From contig JADGIF010000383.1 of assembly GCA_018985225.1 (NCBI GenBank), forward strand, positions 1 through 9,550: a stretch of 9,550 bases of DNA, written 5' to 3'. The notes under the pieces are model-generated. The model worked only from the letters and a program-made list of their open reading frames with translations, had not been told where the DNA came from and did not search any database. Below are positions 8,264 to 9,550 of the stretch, piece by piece. Every line of letters starts with the position of its first letter. The stretch's first letter is position 1. This stretch comes from Amoeboradix gromovi X-113 (lineage: Eukaryota > Fungi > Sanchytriomycota). Made by a program: the position numbers and the translations under genes.

Positions 8264-8273
8264 GTTCATAACA
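8239..8273 (-). mobile_element. 5'-terminal 35-bp fragment of the LTR-like family (copy C)
   Basis: The reverse complement TGTTATGAACTCAACAATGTTGCTGAGTATCTGTC matches 9474-9508 at 34/35. Confidence 0.88.
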
Positions 8274-8287
8274 CAATCTGTCTGCTG

Positions 8288-8553
8288 TGTTGTGAGTACG
8301 GCTCTGGCTAATTGGTGAACAAACAGCATGGTCTCATGTAAATGAGAGATTTACCATTGGTCAGAAATAACTCAGTATGAATGGTGCAAGATATGTGGAT
8401 CAATCATTTAGCAGCTCATTATTATACCTCAACCAATGATAGCAGAATGTAGGCTATAAAAGAGCGACGCCCTCAATAAATAACTTTTAACTTCTAACGC
8501 AACTTCACCGCACTCGAACCAAACCTCTCCGGATCCAAGCAAGGATCATAACA
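8288..8553 (+). mobile_element. Solo LTR-like element, diverged subfamily (copy X1, ~266 bp)
   Basis: TGTTGTGA...TCATAACA ends (7/8 inverted match), CCAAT near 8433, TATAAA at 8455-8460 and AATAAA at 8475-8480. The last ~100 bp align with 8697-8798. The left boundary is less certain. Confidence 0.72.
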
Positions 8554-8798
8554 CCCTGTGAGGTCACAGGCTCACACAGTCCCCTGCTAATATAGTTGTG
8601 GACCTGGAGTTCAATCAGATAAATACCTCATAGGTGACAGGAGACCTAGGAGACGAATAAGATGCGATCACTGGTAAGCACCGTGATCGTGGAAAACTAT
8701 AAATAGGAGCGATTCCTTCAATAAACAACTTATGACTTCCAACCCTACTTCACCTCGAGTTAGCGAATTAGCAATAGATCCGAGTGAGGATCCGAACA
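8554..8798 (+). mobile_element. LTR-like element lacking its first ~55 bp in place (copy X2)
   Basis: Begins CCCTGTGAGGTCACAGG (16/17 to 9529-9545), has TATAAA at 8698-8703 and AATAAA at 8720-8725, and ends GGATCCGAACA like copies B and X1. Confidence 0.82.
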
Positions 8799-9473
8799 CC
8801 AAGGCTATGGAGATATTTCTGGATTTAGAATATAATTCATCTTTCATGACTTTAGTTGGAGTGATATGGTTTGTTTCCCATCTCATGAATTGTCCACTAA
8901 CGATGGATTTCTTGATCTTCTTGATATAAAAGTCATTATCCACATTCAATAGTTTATGATCGTAAATCGATTCAATAATAAATGAGTTGTGAACCATACA
9001 TCTTCCTCACTCTTATCTCACATCTAATGAAATAGTAATGAGAAATGTAATACTAGTTGACATTGATTGCTAATTGAATATTTCAATTTCTTTTTGGGAC
9101 GCTCCTAAAGAATAGTAACATCAAGAGTCATACCATATCGTAATGGCATTCGATTATCTACCAACTCTTTTTTTTATTTAGCCTTCAAGATACTATACAC
9201 ATTAATTATGCTATTTGTACATCTTTAGATTTTATTACGAATCAAATTCTTGCACACTCGATTAGGTCAAAATGTCATTGGACGTCTCACTTATCGATTG
9301 ATAAAACCCTTATTTCTTAAGATTTATCAAATTTTAATGTAGGCAAATACAAATTATTTGCTAGACTTCTGTTGCTCTCAAGTGACTCAATTCGTTTGAA
9401 TGATTGGCTTATATCTAATAGGGTAATTCAAAAGAACTGACCTCCCTGTTTGGCATGGTGAAGAGAGCCCTTC

Positions 9474-9550
9474 TGTTATGAACTCAACAAGGTTGCTGAG
9501 TATCTGTCCAATGAGGGAACTGTTGAGACCCTGTCAGGTCACAGGATTAC
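9474..9550 (+). mobile_element. 5' end of another LTR-like copy (D), running off the window
   Basis: Starts TGTTATGAACTC. Similarity to copies A, B and C begins at exactly this TG. Confidence 0.85.

Noticed and set aside
8860-8997. Chromodomain-like peptide on the minus strand (FIIESIYDHK...FYIK...WE), suggesting a chromovirus integrase tail
   Set aside because: It lacks the KW-x-G core, the spacing is off, no integrase sequence is visible upstream, and it is antisense to the adjacent LTR-like copy.
8668-8997. ORFs 8668-8997(-) and 8732-8929(+) as genes
   Set aside because: Both run across the X2 repeat boundary at 8798 and have no recognisable domain, so they are likely incidental.
9474-9550. 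Repeat family as a conserved coding exon (CYELNKVAEYL...) or a tRNA-derived SINE (GAGTTCA as B box)
   Set aside because: Differences between copies are mostly non-synonymous and include an indel. There is no A box, cloverleaf or poly(A) tail, and TG...CA ends fit an LTR better.

Overview
AT-rich (roughly 35% GC by eye), compact eukaryotic DNA read in the standard code, with apparently intronless genes. It most resembles an early-diverging fungus or fungus-like parasite; a sanchytrid-like origin is my inference only. Supported genes, all on the + strand: a 566-aa protein with a short hydrophobic N-terminus and a C-terminal RING-H2-like finger (1666-3366); a 7-TM GPCR-like protein (4798-5565); an SDF2-like MIR-domain ER protein ending in REEL (6293-6931); and a small Cys-rich, probably secreted protein (7886-8263). 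Between them lie decayed coding sequences: a frameshifted LRR N-cap-like pseudogene, a possible TnpB/Fanzor C-terminal relic, and a broken ORF chain at 375-1620. A ~125-bp tandem repeat with palindromes opens the window. The main structure the ORF track misses is a family of at least six related LTR-like elements (TGTTATGA...AACA ends, closely spaced TATA and AATAAA). They occur in both orientations, lack clear target-site duplications or primer-binding sites, and two of them cut into secreted-protein genes. All four putative secretory proteins have unusually short (~10 aa), uncharged leaders.
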